A stretch of DNA of 64,000 nucleotides, taken from the NCBI GenBank assembly GCA_013115145.1, contig JAAPAO010000023.1, positions 65,438-129,437 on the forward strand, read 5' to 3'. The notes beneath the pieces were generated by a model. It saw nothing but the letters and a program-made list of their open reading frames with translations. It was not told the DNA's origin and did not search any database. This stretch comes from Perkinsus chesapeaki ATCC PRA-425. Taxonomy: Eukaryota > Protista > Perkinsozoa. Shown piece by piece: positions 13,041-26,430 of the stretch. Within the stretch, counting starts at the first letter, position 1; each line of letters begins with the position of its first letter. The translations under genes and the position numbers were made by a program.

Positions 13041-14015
13041 ATGGTCGACGACCAGATCATGAAGAACAATGCTGTTGAAGCAACCGAGTCAAGCGTGCCT
13101 CCAGCAATGGTAATCAGATGATGATGATGCCCTAACTGGGATTTGAACTCGCGCCTGTCAGGACTCTTTCCTTCGAGCTTTGTCCATCGTGCTTGAGCAC
13201 ATGGTCTTGGTCGGTGAGCCAGATGGCACCGCTATCGATTGTAAAGCTGTTATTGCTGCTGCTGCGGCTGCTCGCTGTCCATAGTGACATTTAGGTTCGG
13301 GAACTCATACCAGATTTCACGGCGTAAAGCCCCCCTCTATCTCCGTATACCAATATCTCAAGCGGATCGAATCACATTTCAAAGTCAGCAGCAGTGCTGT
13401 CAGTTTGTCGCATTGAATCCTTGTCTTTCCTTTCAGTGTTCATCGGAGTGCTTTGTTATCGCGCTCGTCTACATCGATCGGCTTGTTAAGGCCCAAGGCC
13501 CAAAGTTTGTTATTACGTCTTGCGCGATACATCGGTACCTACATATTAATAAAGCGTTGATTATTACTATTATACTACTTGCTTTTCAGAGTTGCTTTGA
13601 CATCTATCGTGCTAGCTGCTAAGTTCTTTGATGACCGTTATTACAGTAATAGATTTTACGCAGCAGTTGGAGGTGTTCGAACCAAAGAGCTCAACTTGCT
13701 TGAAGCAGACTTCCTCAGACTCATCAGTAGTTGCTCCTCCCCCTTACTGCTGCATCTTCATCATATTTTTCTTTAGACTGGGACCTTCATATCATCCCGG
13801 AAGAATACGAAGCTTATCGGTTAAGTGTTTGGACCGCGGTAACCGTTGACATGATGGCCGTCCTCTCGCCTCCGCCGCCACCCCCCACAACTCCGTCTTC
13901 ACCTTGTAGACTACCTCTGGAGATGATTCTTAGGAGCCTTGTTGGGGTACCGCAGGGGTGTGAGCCCCCTCCTCCTCTTCCTTCCCCTTTCACGAGCAGC
14001 AGCCAAGCTCTCTAA
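13041..14015 (+). CDS. PHO80/cyclin-P(U)-like cyclin, copy 3
   Basis: Reads [62 protein letters not shown]. Confidence 0.85.
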
Positions 14016-15999
14016 TTACGATTATATTTTTGTCGTTATGTAGTGCTTCTGAGTTACACATGTGTTGTTCTTTTTGCCACCGCTGTACTGTATGTCACTA
14101 ATCTCACTGGAATCATGATGATGGATGACAAAGTGTCGTCGTCACTGAACGTATGTGATTAACCTTGCTCGTTTTCGAGTTGAGATCTGCCAATCACCGT
14201 GTATCGCTCTACGTACCATCATCCAGCCACCAACATCTTTGAAGCACCACGTGTGAAAAAATATACAACCATCTTTTACTTATCGGAGGCTCGAGTGTCC
14301 ATTCTCACGAGGCGTGCATAGTCAATGGCTTCCTGAATTGAGGGATAACTTCTGAGATTCGGCGCAGTGTTGGGTCATCTTGTGGCTGCTGCCTTTCTTG
14401 GTTGGACTTTAGGGTTACTCCACCCTACCGTTATAGGAAGTGGGCTTATTAATGTCGGAAAAATCGGGCGGAATTTCTGGAAATTTCCACAATTTTTTCC
14501 TACCTCGCCCACATACGTAGGTGACGGGGAAGAAAGTCTCCCTAGGGACCGAACGAACTTGTCGAAGTGATGTAGCTAATCTTTAATTTTAATTTATAGC
14601 ATGTGGCGGGTAGTTCGTATCAGCAACATTCTGAGGTATCTTTTGTGTGTCAGGTCCGAGCTTCGAGTGTCGCTCCGCCATTACGTTCACAGAACTACGC
14701 AGAGAGCTTTCGCGTAGTGCCCTGTACCGGGCCCTGTACTCCCCCGGGTGCATATGCTGACCGCAGACGCGGCGCCAGCATCATTATGGCTACCTCATCG
14801 TCACGTACAGATTACTCTACCTCCTATTAGACGCAGCCGCCAATCTACAAACGTCGGTGCGAGTTGCTTCTGCGGCTTTGCAGCATCTACCTTCAACATC
14901 TATCGTGTTGTAGCCTTTACTGTGAAATGGTAAAGATCGCACTATGGATGAGGGCGGCGTAAGCCCCCATTATTGTTAATAATTGTGATTCCATGACTAT
15001 GTTAATATCTCATAGCTACTATAATCATCTCCATGCTAACTACCTGGTACGTGACACTTCAGGCCATATGAGGAAGGAGGAACATTCACTTCATTCGTAT
15101 GGCGTATTTCCTTCCCATTATTGCCTGTCATGTTTCCACGATAGTATTGCGGTTCTAGCATTTAATACCGGAAGATTCCATATCATCACATTATGAGCTT
15201 CAGAAAGCTCTATTGTCAGCTAAAAGACGGAAGTGGTGATGATTACTATGAGTCTATGACTTAATATCTATGTTCTCTCTTTTCCCAATGGCTTTGTCTG
15301 TATGGTCTGTATAGTTATACTAAGTATTACAACATTCTATTACTACTTGACGAATAAAGATGATGTGGAGACATCAACAAGCGTATGATTGTTTGCTATC
15401 ATAGTGTTCTCATCCCCTTATCATCATAGTCACTTGTACCAGTGCTTAGAGCGAAGGTGCTCATGAGCGTTCAATAACTTGATGATTAGGAAACTCTCAT
15501 GTTGTGAGCGTCGTCTTCGTCTTCATCTTATCACCCCCATTTCACCACCACCTACTTCGTCGGTCGAAGATTGAGTATCAGTACATCTGCCTTAGCTTGA
15601 GTTTTAGTGCTGCATCCTATCTTTCCGAACACCAGTCCGGCTCCTCCCGGTGTGTGTGAGCTTGTAGTGCAACCAAGCCGAAAATGGGTTAGGCTATGTA
15701 ATCGAGGTGCACCTAAAACGGAGAGGATTTAATAACCTATATTGCCATTGTGTGGTTCATCGATCCTCCTCAGTTCGTTCTCAAGAAATTTGCATCTAAT
15801 CGATACTAGCCAAACGGTAATATCTCCCTCGGGGTTTTGTTCCTACGATGGCAAACATGTATTATTGTGGCCCTCAGTCGGTGGGCAAGTCGGAAGAAGT
15901 TCCGCTATGGTTTCATGGGAACACTTTTATGGTGCCCCCTTTACTGTAGGACAAATAGACGGTTGCCCTAGGATGTTGTTTTGTTTGTAAAGTACTATA

Positions 16000-17531
16000 A
16001 TGCTGTCGGTAATTCCGTCAATGATCAAGCAACAGCAGCAGCAGCCGAGAGGTTCATCTCCGGCCAGAGCCCTTAACCACACTCCGCCGACATCACCGTG
16101 CCTGTCACCATCTCGGCCTAGGCCTGCCGTATCTATCATGCGAGATGATTCTTCTCCCGATGATTCCCACCATCAAGCTCATTCGTTTTTGCGGCGGGTT
16201 TGCCGGTGTAATAGTAGCGATGCCGCTATATACCTCAACACTATAAAGGAGGAGCGTCCCGCAATGACGGGGAAGGTCCCGAGGTTCAGAAGCGCTTCAA
16301 ACGCTGGCCAGTTTTGGTCACCATCGGTAAAGTACGACGATGTAGCCATGGACAGCCAAACGGAGAGCCCTGTGTCCCCTGAAACTGACACTGAGCGTTC
16401 CGTCACTGTAGCCAGTACAAGCAGGGACCTCGGACATAACAGTGCAATCTCCGGAGGATCATACCTTCCTCAAAATGAGAGTCAGGCTAGCCTAGTTGCC
16501 ATGGTTGACCAGAAGCAGCAACAACAGGTGTGTTGTGATGGACATGTAGCCGAACGATTGGACGGTGAAGAGGCATTTTTGCAGGAGTTCGTTTTTGGAT
16601 CTTCGGCATTCCAAGTAGGTCTCCGGTCTCAGCGACTTGTACCGATGATGCTGTCGACAGGTGGACTTTGTGAACACCATGACCCAGTCTCTTCTTGATA
16701 GGATCTCATCGGAGGAGATGGTAGCGTTCCCGGGTAACTTCCTGTCTCGGTCCGATTTTTACTATTTTCCTATCAGATTTGCCGTCAGAGCTCCGCAGTG
16801 TCACTCGCTTCTACGCCCTACGAGCCCCGAGCATCTCCATACATGCATACCTAAAAAGAATGGAGAAGCATTTTCTGGTAGATGACCGAACTTCTTCGCT
16901 CCGCCGTTCACATTACCCTCTCAGTGCTCTCGTGAGTGTTATCTTTTGGCACTGATTTACCTGGACAGACTGTCCTCTAATTATTGGCAGTTCAGAATAA
17001 CTCGCAGAAGCGTCCACAAGTAGGTCGATATTTCACCGCCATCGCGCCATTTAGTAGCCGCTTTAGATTTTTCCTCACTGCATTGGTAATCGCGGTGAAG
17101 TACTTTGACGATATCTATTACGACAATAAGTACTATGCCCATGTTGGAGGAGTTAGAGTGGCAGAGCTTGACACAATGGAACTAACATTTTTGCAGCTTC
17201 TAGGTAGGTTAGTTATCCCTTCTCTGGACCCTACCATTTGGGTTTCCTACATCTTTTGGCGAGGGAGTCCTCAGCGACGAAGAGCTTCTCTATAATATCC
17301 GTTCACTGGCGGATATCTCAAGACTGCTCTATTGTCTCGTGAAGTTAATTTTTATTGATGCGACTGCGGGTCTCAATCTGGTGATAGTTGACCGTCTACT
17401 TGTGTTCAGATTGGCATTTATTCGTTACTGCTGACGAATTCACGCAGTGTGCAAAGAAGTTCCTTGTGACTGGTAGCGGCGTCGAGTATGCTATGACTAC
17501 TGGCCCAACTCCTATGGACATCTGCCACTGA
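16000..17531 (+). CDS. PHO80/cyclin-P(U)-like cyclin, copy 4, with long low-complexity N-terminus
   Basis: Reads RFYALRAPSISIHAYLKRM, CYLLALIYLDRL, VIAVKYFDDIYYDNKYYAHVGGVRVAELDTMELTFL, WHLFVTADEF; TGA at 17529-17531. Confidence 0.85.
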
Positions 17532-18095
17532 CCATGAGATGACACGCGTGTCCTTCGCCATCTGATTTATCTTATTAACACTCATCAACTCTATAGTGGA
17601 CATTACTGCTTCCTCTCTAAAGCTGCTGTCTAACACGGCTAGAGTGACTCCTCCAACCTAACGTAGTTAAACGCTGTTGTCATTGGCATGCCGCCGCCTT
17701 CGTGGAAGAAGGGTAGGTTTATAACAAGTCGATTTGCTTGTCTTTCGTATGCTGCTGATACTGCTGCTGTCTGAGGCAGTCCACCAGCTAAGCGTTACTA
17801 TGTATCATTCGCTTGTACATATATGCGGCATTGAAGGTCTCCTAATGGGGCTCGCTGCACACAACAACTTTCCTGCACTTGTCGTCTGCTCATCACAGGG
17901 TCGTTCAACTGCAGCTGATACGTATCTGACCTCCCTCTACTGATTTTTTCATCAAAAGCAGATATGTTTTTTCCACTCATTAAATAACGCTTGTGTCGTC
18001 AATGAATACCGGCACCGCCGCCGCCAACATCATTCAAGTGAGGGCCAAGTTGCGATGACCGAGTTAATAAGAAACCCGAGTAGCTCCATTTTTGA

Positions 18096-19870
18096 ATGTC
18101 GCGATCGCTGGCATACCGGCGGTCGCCGACTCCGTCCTTTGAAGAAGCTTTAAGACAGGCTCAGACGGAACGACTGTGTGTGGTTCAGAATATCGGACCA
18201 GCTTGCTTCGTGGGATTGACCGTAACTAATGCCGTCGCGAATCCTCACAGGTGGTGCGAAACTTAGACGACTCCACTTCAAAGTACCGTATTAAGATAAG
18301 CAACACTCATACCTGCACCTGTGGCAATGTTAAGCGTGAATCGGTTGCTGAGTACTGCCAACATGTGCTGTAGGACAGCCAACGTGGATGCATCGCCATG
18401 AGCTGGTGCACTCCGGATTCATACTGCACAAGGTATTGCGAGTTGCCACTGAGAACCCGATACTGTGGCAGCTAGCCTTGTGTGACAGAGAAGTCGAGGA
18501 GATATTGTCGGTGCGACGCGGAGCTTATGCAAGCAGCAGTTCGACAAAGGGTAGAGTTGGTGTGCTGGAGGCGACCCTGCAGCCGCCTTTTGTTGATTAT
18601 AGTAATCAGATATGACAGCGAAAGTAGACAACACAGCAGTTAAAGGCGATTCTGTGGAGCGCAGAGAAGTCGATGGAGAATCGGACCTTTGCCCAATCTG
18701 CCATGACCTGCTTGGTGAGCGTCACCTGCAGCCTCACTGCGCTGCATGGCCGTGTGTGTAGGTTCCGACCTCGACTTCTTGACCTATTGCAGCGCCTCCT
18801 GCGGTGCCAATGTTCACGTAAAAAATTCAATCTTCAAAGCTGCGCAGAATGAATCAGATCGAATGTATGAAAGCATGGGCAGACCACAACGTCAGTGGTT
18901 CAACGGGGGAAGTATCCTGCCCGCTTTGTCGGGTACACTGGCCATCAGGAACCAGGGCAGACCTTCACAGTAACCACCATTCCCCGTGAATCTATCGCCT
19001 TGATTCCTCAGGCAAATGGACTCGGCTGCAGGTCACCAAGCTGCCTGCTTTCCTCCGCACTCGATGTAGGAAATGCAAGAAGTCACCCATCCGCGGCACG
19101 TAGTGTTGACATTGTTGATTGGCCAACCGTTCGTTGACCCCAGATACTATCAATGCTTGAACTGTTACCGAACTGGTGAGTATTGTCAGGATTGTTTCGA
19201 GGCACATGCTCGAGACACGGACCATCCTATGGTTGCCTTGAACAATCCTAGGAAGTTCATACCGATTCCCGCAAGCGCAGGTACCCTAAACTCACCGAAT
19301 GTTGCCAGCTCTGTTCGGCCTGTCAGGCGCTCCACATAGCTTCCGGAACCTCGTCACGAAGGCTATCAGCACCATCAGCAAATCGGTGGACGAGCGTTTC
19401 TCCGTGTGCGCGTGGCCTTGTGGGCATACGTTCACTTTGGAAACGATTCAAATACGTAGGACCCTACCCGGCTTCCCTCGGTATGTAACTCTCAAGGATG
19501 GAGCACGCCGTGCCCTGTTTGTGGCATGTCCGGTCTTCCTGGATTGGCGAAAGCTTTGGAGTATTACGGCAAAGCTGTCGCCGGCGAGAAGCCGAGGGAA
19601 GCCGACGTCCTCGACATGTCAGTCTGCTCATCGACAATGAGTCTGAAAAGTCCAGCCGGGGAAGCGTCAAAGAAGTTGGCACTCTCTGAGGGGCACGCTC
19701 CAAGCCTCAATGCGAGCAAGCCGCTGCGTGCCAAGAATGTTCGCCGACGAAGTTTGACCGGTAAAGTGAGGCATGGGCACCGCAGCAGTCATGAAGCAGC
19801 AACCGTTGGCACTTTGTCTCATGGGAGCCTCTCTGTATCTGGCTCCAGTATGCAAATAAATGGAGTTTGA
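18096..19870 (+). CDS. SWIM zinc-finger protein with further Cys/His fingers, ZSWIM2-like putative E3 ligase
   Basis: Exons give MSRSLAYRR...QNIGPACF, KYRIKISNTHTCTCGN...YCQHVL (SWIM CxC-x-CxH), VLHKVLRV...LWQLALCDREVEEIL, and CLNC...YCQDCF...H. Confidence 0.75.
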
Positions 19871-20321
19871 CCATGAACTTTCTCCTTGCGTTCAATAGTC
19901 GGTGGAACGGAAGGTCTCCGAGAATGCCTTTCTTATTCCCTACACTCGCCGCGGATCCATAAAGTAGCAGAATCCTATACATGGCAAGCGTTTGTGTTAG
20001 ACTCTTGCTAGCACCACTTAGGGTTGCGTGTGCGGCGAAGGCTGTATCTCCACCGCAATAAAGATGACTTTCTTCTATAACTAGCATCAGGTACCCGAAT
20101 ACTCAGCACTCGTACTTGTACTTGAAAGCATACGACGAATGGGCTTCGCTAATAACCTTCGCCTACGGCCCATTAGTTGCTCGAGTGTGGCGGAAGTCGA
20201 TGCACTTTGTGTGAGGAGTGTTATTCGGATTAAGAGTTGAACTCAACAATGGTGGTATGTGATAGTGTAACCTTATTCTTACTGAATGAGATGATGAAAT
20301 GATAAACAATACCAGTAAGAA

Positions 20322-22980
20322 TTATGCCAGATTTTGCATGCCCATGCTAGAGTCTAAATTAGCCACCGGAGAGGCAGAGCGTTGAGAACGAGTTGCTCTC
20401 CCGTTCCCTGATGCTGCTGCCATTGGTGGAGCGAGGACAGTCTGAGCTGAATGCGAAAGGTCTCCGCCGCCGCCAAGGTTGGGGTTAATATTTTCCCTAA
20501 CCTGCACTCGCTCGACTCCTCCATCCAAATAGATAGTTTGAAGCTGATTATTGCGCTTCTTGCTCTCACCAGCCACCACTTCAGTTTGGTTAACTTCCAC
20601 ATAACGGTCAACAGTCTGTACTTGCGGAACCTCAACTACACGTTCAACACGTTGGACCTGAGTCTCTTCGATTATCTTATCCACATACTTCCGGACCACT
20701 TGAGGCACAGGAACTTCATTAACCTTCTCGACATACCGTGGCACAACCACTTCAACTTCTTTGTCGACATACTGCACCTCGGGCACCTCCACAACCTTCT
20801 GAACAGTCCTCGTCACCGGAACTTGAACATGCTTCTGAATCACTTGGGGAACCGGCACGTCAATTACCTTCTCCACTTGCTGGACAACCGGCACCTCGAC
20901 CTCGCGGTCCACGTATTGAACTTGAGGCACATCAACGTACTTCTGCACCTTCCTGTTGACCGGGACGTTCACGTACTTCTGCACCGTCTGGAGCACCTCC
21001 ACGTCGATAACCTCTTCCACACGCTTCACCACAGGTACTTCAACCTCACGTTCGACCACTTGAATCTCAGGCACTTCGACGTCGATTTGAACAGTCTTGG
21101 TAACCGGGATCTCGACAATCTTCTGAATAGTCTGTGGCACCGGAACTTCGATGATCTCCTCCTCGTACCTCACTTGAGGGACCTCGACCTCTCTCTCAAT
21201 TTCGTGGATCTCCGGCACCTCAACAGTACGCTGAACTACCGTCTCGTAGACCTTAGGGACGTGCTTGTACACAACCTGCTCTTCAGGTACTTCAACAATA
21301 TTCTCCTGATACTCCACCTCAGGCACGTCAATGACCTTATCCACGTACTCGACATAAGGTCTGTCAATTGGCACCTCAATCACATTCTCAATGATGTTTT
21401 CTTGATACTCGATACGAGGCACTTCACGTACAACTTCTTGAACCTCATACTTAGGAACGTGCCTCTGAACCTTTTGGATCACAGGGACCTTTCGCTCGAT
21501 GACCCTCTCAACAACCCTCTTTCGCTGGACCACCACGTCTTGGACATCTTGCTGCTCGATATCATCAACGATCTTGCGGGTGACCTTGGGCAGCTCAATA
21601 ACCCTTTCCTGAGTGTGTATCACAGGGACCTCGCGCACGACCTCCTCAACCTCAATCCTCGGCACACGACGCTCAACCTCAACGATCTCCTCCACAATCT
21701 GGGGTACATAGACAACCCTCGGAACCTCCACCACTTGCTCGACCGACTTGGGGATAACACGTTCCACCACTTCAGTTTTGGGCACGTGGATGACTTGCTC
21801 GACGATCTGCTCTACCGGGTGTTCAATGACCTCCTCGGTGATCTGGGGGATGTGTCGGTACCTCGGTACCTCAACAATTTGCTGCACCGACTTGGGGATG
21901 ATGCGCTCGACGGTTGTGATTCGAGGAACCTCGATGATCTCCTCCTCAATCTGCTCGAAGGGGACCTCGATAATCTGTTCCTGTATCTTGGGGATGTGAC
22001 GGTAGATCGGGACCTTCTCAATATGCTCCACGTACTTGGGAATGACACGCTCCTGAACCTGTCATGGCAGGGATACTCAAACCAAGGTGCCAAGGCGACA
22101 AGGGCGACCAACCTGGATCTTCGGAATATGATTAATTTGCTCGATAATCTCCTCTTTGGGAACCTCGATGACCTGCTCTACTATTTGGGGCACGTGGACG
22201 TATCTGACAACTAAACGTTAACCCTCCAGACTGACTGACCATGGTCGTGACCTTGGAACCTTCTGGACCTTCTCGACCGTCCGGGGGATGACCTTCTCGC
22301 GAGTGATCGGGCGCTTGACTTCGATGACCTCCTCCCGAACTACTTCTTGAGGAACTTCGATTACTTGCTCAACAATGTGAGGGACTTTCACGTACTTGGG
22401 GACCTGAGAAAGCAGAGGATTGCACAAGAATTAAATAACACCTACGTACCTCGACAACTTGCTTGACGGGCCTGTGCGTTATACGCTCCTGAACGACCTT
22501 ACGAGGCACGTCCACGTTAACCACTTTATCAACAGTCCTCTGAACCACTTGCACTTGAGGGACTTCAACCACCTTCTCCACGTATTGAATTTGGGGCACC
22601 TCGATCAGTTCCTCGACATACTGAATCTCGGGGACATCCACATACACCTCGACGACCTCTTCTTGAACCTCCTCGCGGACGTTCTGCTTCGTAGGCAGTT
22701 GTCGTATCTTCTCCTCGCGCACTTCAGTGACCTCCGGAGGAGCAGACTCGACTGATACCGTAGGAGTATGAGTTAGGCTATTAGTGTAGGGATGCTGCAT
22801 CATAAAACCGGCTTGCGGCACAGGCTGGCCGGTTGGTGTGAAGAGATTTGCTTGATGGAATTGACCAGGCTGAAAGTACGGCGATTGCTGCTGCTGCTGT
22901 TGCGGCGGCGGCGGTGGCCTTGATTGAGTGCTTGGCGTCTGGTAGGGCTGCGGGCAGAAGGCTTGGAAGGGCTGATACAT
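20322..22980 (-). CDS. Alveolin / IMC / articulin-like cortical cytoskeleton protein, copy 1
   Basis: Hundreds of residues of EKVVEVPQVQYV-type V/E/P-rich repeats after a Q/P-rich N-terminus; short introns near 22405-22445 and 22210-22240. Confidence 0.9.
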
Positions 22981-23273
22981 GCTGTTGATTGGGGTGGTGG
23001 TGGTTAAGAGACCTTAGAAAAGGTAGATGCCCGCCTGAAAAAGATTCATAAATGCCAACAACACCAACGATAAATTTAACATGACTTAAACTCTAATTCG
23101 ATGCTGAGGTAAGGACAACACTATATCACATGTCAACTAATACGTCATCATGCTCACACTCAATAGCCCACAAAAATGTAAATCAGACTGCTTTTACTGC
23201 GCTTAATATTATCATCCAATGGACGATGAAAAATAGACGCTTCATTTGACGTCGGTCGAGACGGTTGAGGAGA

Positions 23274-25746
23274 CTAGTAAGGCTGAGCAAAACTGTTGTT
23301 GAACATGTCGGCAAACGACTTGTGGTTGAAGCTCTGATCAATATCGCCACGGGAAGATATCGACGACCGGTGACGACTCTGCTGAGCCATTTGCTGAATT
23401 TGGTAGCTGTTCACACTTCCAGGAGGGAAATCATAGGTTGAAACCGACGTGTAGATGTGGGCAGGCTCGGGCTCGTAGGCATCACCATCGACTCGTTCAT
23501 GAAGTCTCTCGACGCCACCTTCAATACGGATGGTCTCAAGCTGAGTGGTCACAGTGCGCTGCTCGCCAGAAACCGTCTCGGCATGGGGTATCTCCACGTA
23601 TCGCTCAACCGTCTCAATTTGGGGAACCTCGACAATCTTCTCAACCGTCTGGAAGACCTCCTCCTCGATGATCTTATCCTGATACTTCTTCACCACTTGA
23701 GGCACCTTCTGCTCCTGTATCACGTCCACGTACTTGGTAACAATAACATCTTGAGGAATATCAACATACTCCACCTGGGGGACCTCGACGTACTTCTGAA
23801 CCGTTCGAATCTGAGGTACACGGACTTCCTTCTGAACGGTCTTGTTAACGGGGACGTCGACGATCTTCTGAACATGCTGGGTCACCGGCACCTCAACCTC
23901 CTTGTCAATGTAGGCAACTTGGGGTATCTCAACGATCCTCTGAACCTTCTGTACATCAGCTAGGTGGATGACCTTCTGAACCTTCTGCTTGAAGGGGACA
24001 TCGACGTACTCCTCAACATACTCCACCTGTGGTATCTCAACCACCTTATCAATGTACTCGATCTTGGGCACCTCAATGTACTTCTGAACCTTGCGGACGT
24101 TAGGCACTTGCACTATCTTCTGAACATGTCGATCAACATACTCAGGCACATGCTTGTAGACGACCTGCTCCTCTTCGACCTCGATAACCTTCTCCACATA
24201 CTCAATTTGAGGGACCTCGACCACCTTGTCGATGTACTTGATTTGAGGGACCTCTCGCTGGACCTCCTTAATAATCTCGACGATCTTCTCCTCGTACACA
24301 ATCCTCGGCACCTCACGAATGATCTCCTGCACCTCGAGCTTGGGCACCCTCTTGTGGACCTTCTGTACTATAGGACGCTTCCTCTCAACGATCTTCTCCA
24401 CCACACGTTTCTTCTCAACTATAACGTCCTGGACTTGCTGCTCAATCTCCTGGTCAATGATAGTGCGAGTGATCTTGGGAACCTCGATGATCCTTTCCTG
24501 GACTTCATAACGAGGGACTTCACGGACGATCTCCTCGATGTTGACCTTAGGCACTGGTCTCTCGATCTCGATGATCTCCTCGATGATCTCTGGAACATGC
24601 ACTATGCGGGGCACCTCGATGATTTGCTCGACGGGGCGCTCAACAATGCGTTCAACTCTCTGAATCCTCGGCACCTCAATAATCTCCTCGTGGATCTCCT
24701 CCACAGGGATCTCGATGGTCTCCTCCGTGATAACAGGGACCTCGCGGTAGACCGGTATCTCCACGATGGTGGCGACCTCCTTGTGAATGACGCGCTCAAC
24801 GTACTGGATCTTGGGCACCTCCACGACCTCCTCAATCACTTGAGGAACTTTAACCTACACAGAAAGCAGAGTAAAGTGAAATCTTCACTGAAGCACAATC
24901 CGAACCTCGATAATTTCCTCCTCGATTTCCGGGACATGTCGATTGACATGTATCGTCACAACTTGCTTCACAGGCTTCTCAACGATCCTCTCTTGCATCT
25001 GATAACACCATAGATGTCACTAGGAGTGCAGAGGGGCCTCACCTGAACCTTGGGCACCTCGATGATCTCCTCAACGATTTGATCGACAGGGACCTCCACG
25101 ACCTCTTCAATAATGCGCTCCTGTTGAACCCTAACTTCCTCCTCGCGTATGCGAGGCACTCTTACGTACTTAGGGACCTGAAACACAAAGCGCCTGCTCG
25201 TGGCTCGATCTTCACTAGGGAGCTCACCTCAACATACTGCACGACCGGCTTGTTGACGATTCTTTCTTCGTGGACCACCTTGGGGATGTCGATGTAAACG
25301 ATTTTCTCAACAGGTCTTTCGATATACTGCACTTCAGGGACCTCAACGATCTTCTCGACGTACTGTACCATAGGGATCTCCTCGACCTCTTCAACGTATT
25401 GGATCTCAGGGACGTCGACCGGGATCTCTATGATCTCGTCAGTGACAACTTCTTGTACGTGTTGGACTGGAGGAGCCTGGAAGCGCTGCACCTGGTGAAC
25501 CTCGGTAACCTCAGCATCCTTCGTGACGCGTGTAGATGAGTAAATGGGTTCGTTCGGACGAGAGGGCCTTTGCCAGCCGACTTGTTGGTACTGTTGCTGT
25601 GAGGTGGTAGACTTCCGCGACTGATCCAAGGCTGCCTTCTGATCAGCAGCAGGAGGCTGAGAGAACGCGGAACCGATGGACAGCCTTGCATTGAATACCG
25701 GGGGAGGACCAAAGTAGTTCGGGAAGCCAGAGTTCATGGCAGCCAT
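23274..25746 (-). CDS. Alveolin / IMC / articulin-like protein, copy 2
   Basis: Same repeat type (EKIVEVPQIEYV) and architecture; ATG at 25746, stop at 23274. Confidence 0.9.
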
Positions 25747-26430
25747 GATAAAACGGTCAACCAAGCGTTCACTGCTAATAACGCATCACAAGCCATTGAA
25801 GCCCCTGCCAGCTCGAAGCCCCTAAAACGCAAACCATACAAGGAGAAGAATCATAGGAGACAAGCAGCAAGATTATGGAGAGTAACGAGCGTCTTAGAAA
25901 CCAGAAGGAAGGTCAAGGAAAGTTGGAGCGACCGCGTGCTCAGAAACCGTAGATCTTGCGCTTCGGGACAACCGCGCACGCCCTGGTAATCGATATCTTA
26001 TCTATTCGACTTTGCAGCAGATGCGCATGGTCTTGGTACGTTATGATCTGGTTAGTGTATAGTAGTGTCGTTGATAATACTTACACGATGTATTTGTACG
26101 ATAACTAGTATATTGTTTATATTATTGAAGGAAGTGTGGTATGAAATAATATTGGTGTTCGTTATTTGAGATGTTGCCTTTACGGTTTGTTGTTTAGTTA
26201 TTTTCTATTCTGGTATATATGGGCCGCGAGAGCAGAAGCCGATCACCGTATAGTAGAAGCAGATCAAGAAGGGATAGACATAATGATAGTAACGGATGGG
26301 CGTATCTTATCTTCAACCTCGCAAGATACATAATAGGTCAAGTTGCGTCATCGATTCATAGACATAGTAGAATGTAGTAATCAAATAAAACACTCGTGAT
26401 GTTAGTTTAATTTCCGTGATGGTCTGGCGG

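Noticed and set aside
14600-15200. Possible small gene between cyclins 3 and 4
   Set aside because: Splice-like signals are present but no convincing protein could be assembled.
20451-25013. Long plus-strand ORFs (587, 349, 168 aa) rich in L/D/H/N opposite the alveolins
   Set aside because: Antisense shadows of V/E/P/I-rich repetitive coding sequence; the codon bias avoids stops in that frame.
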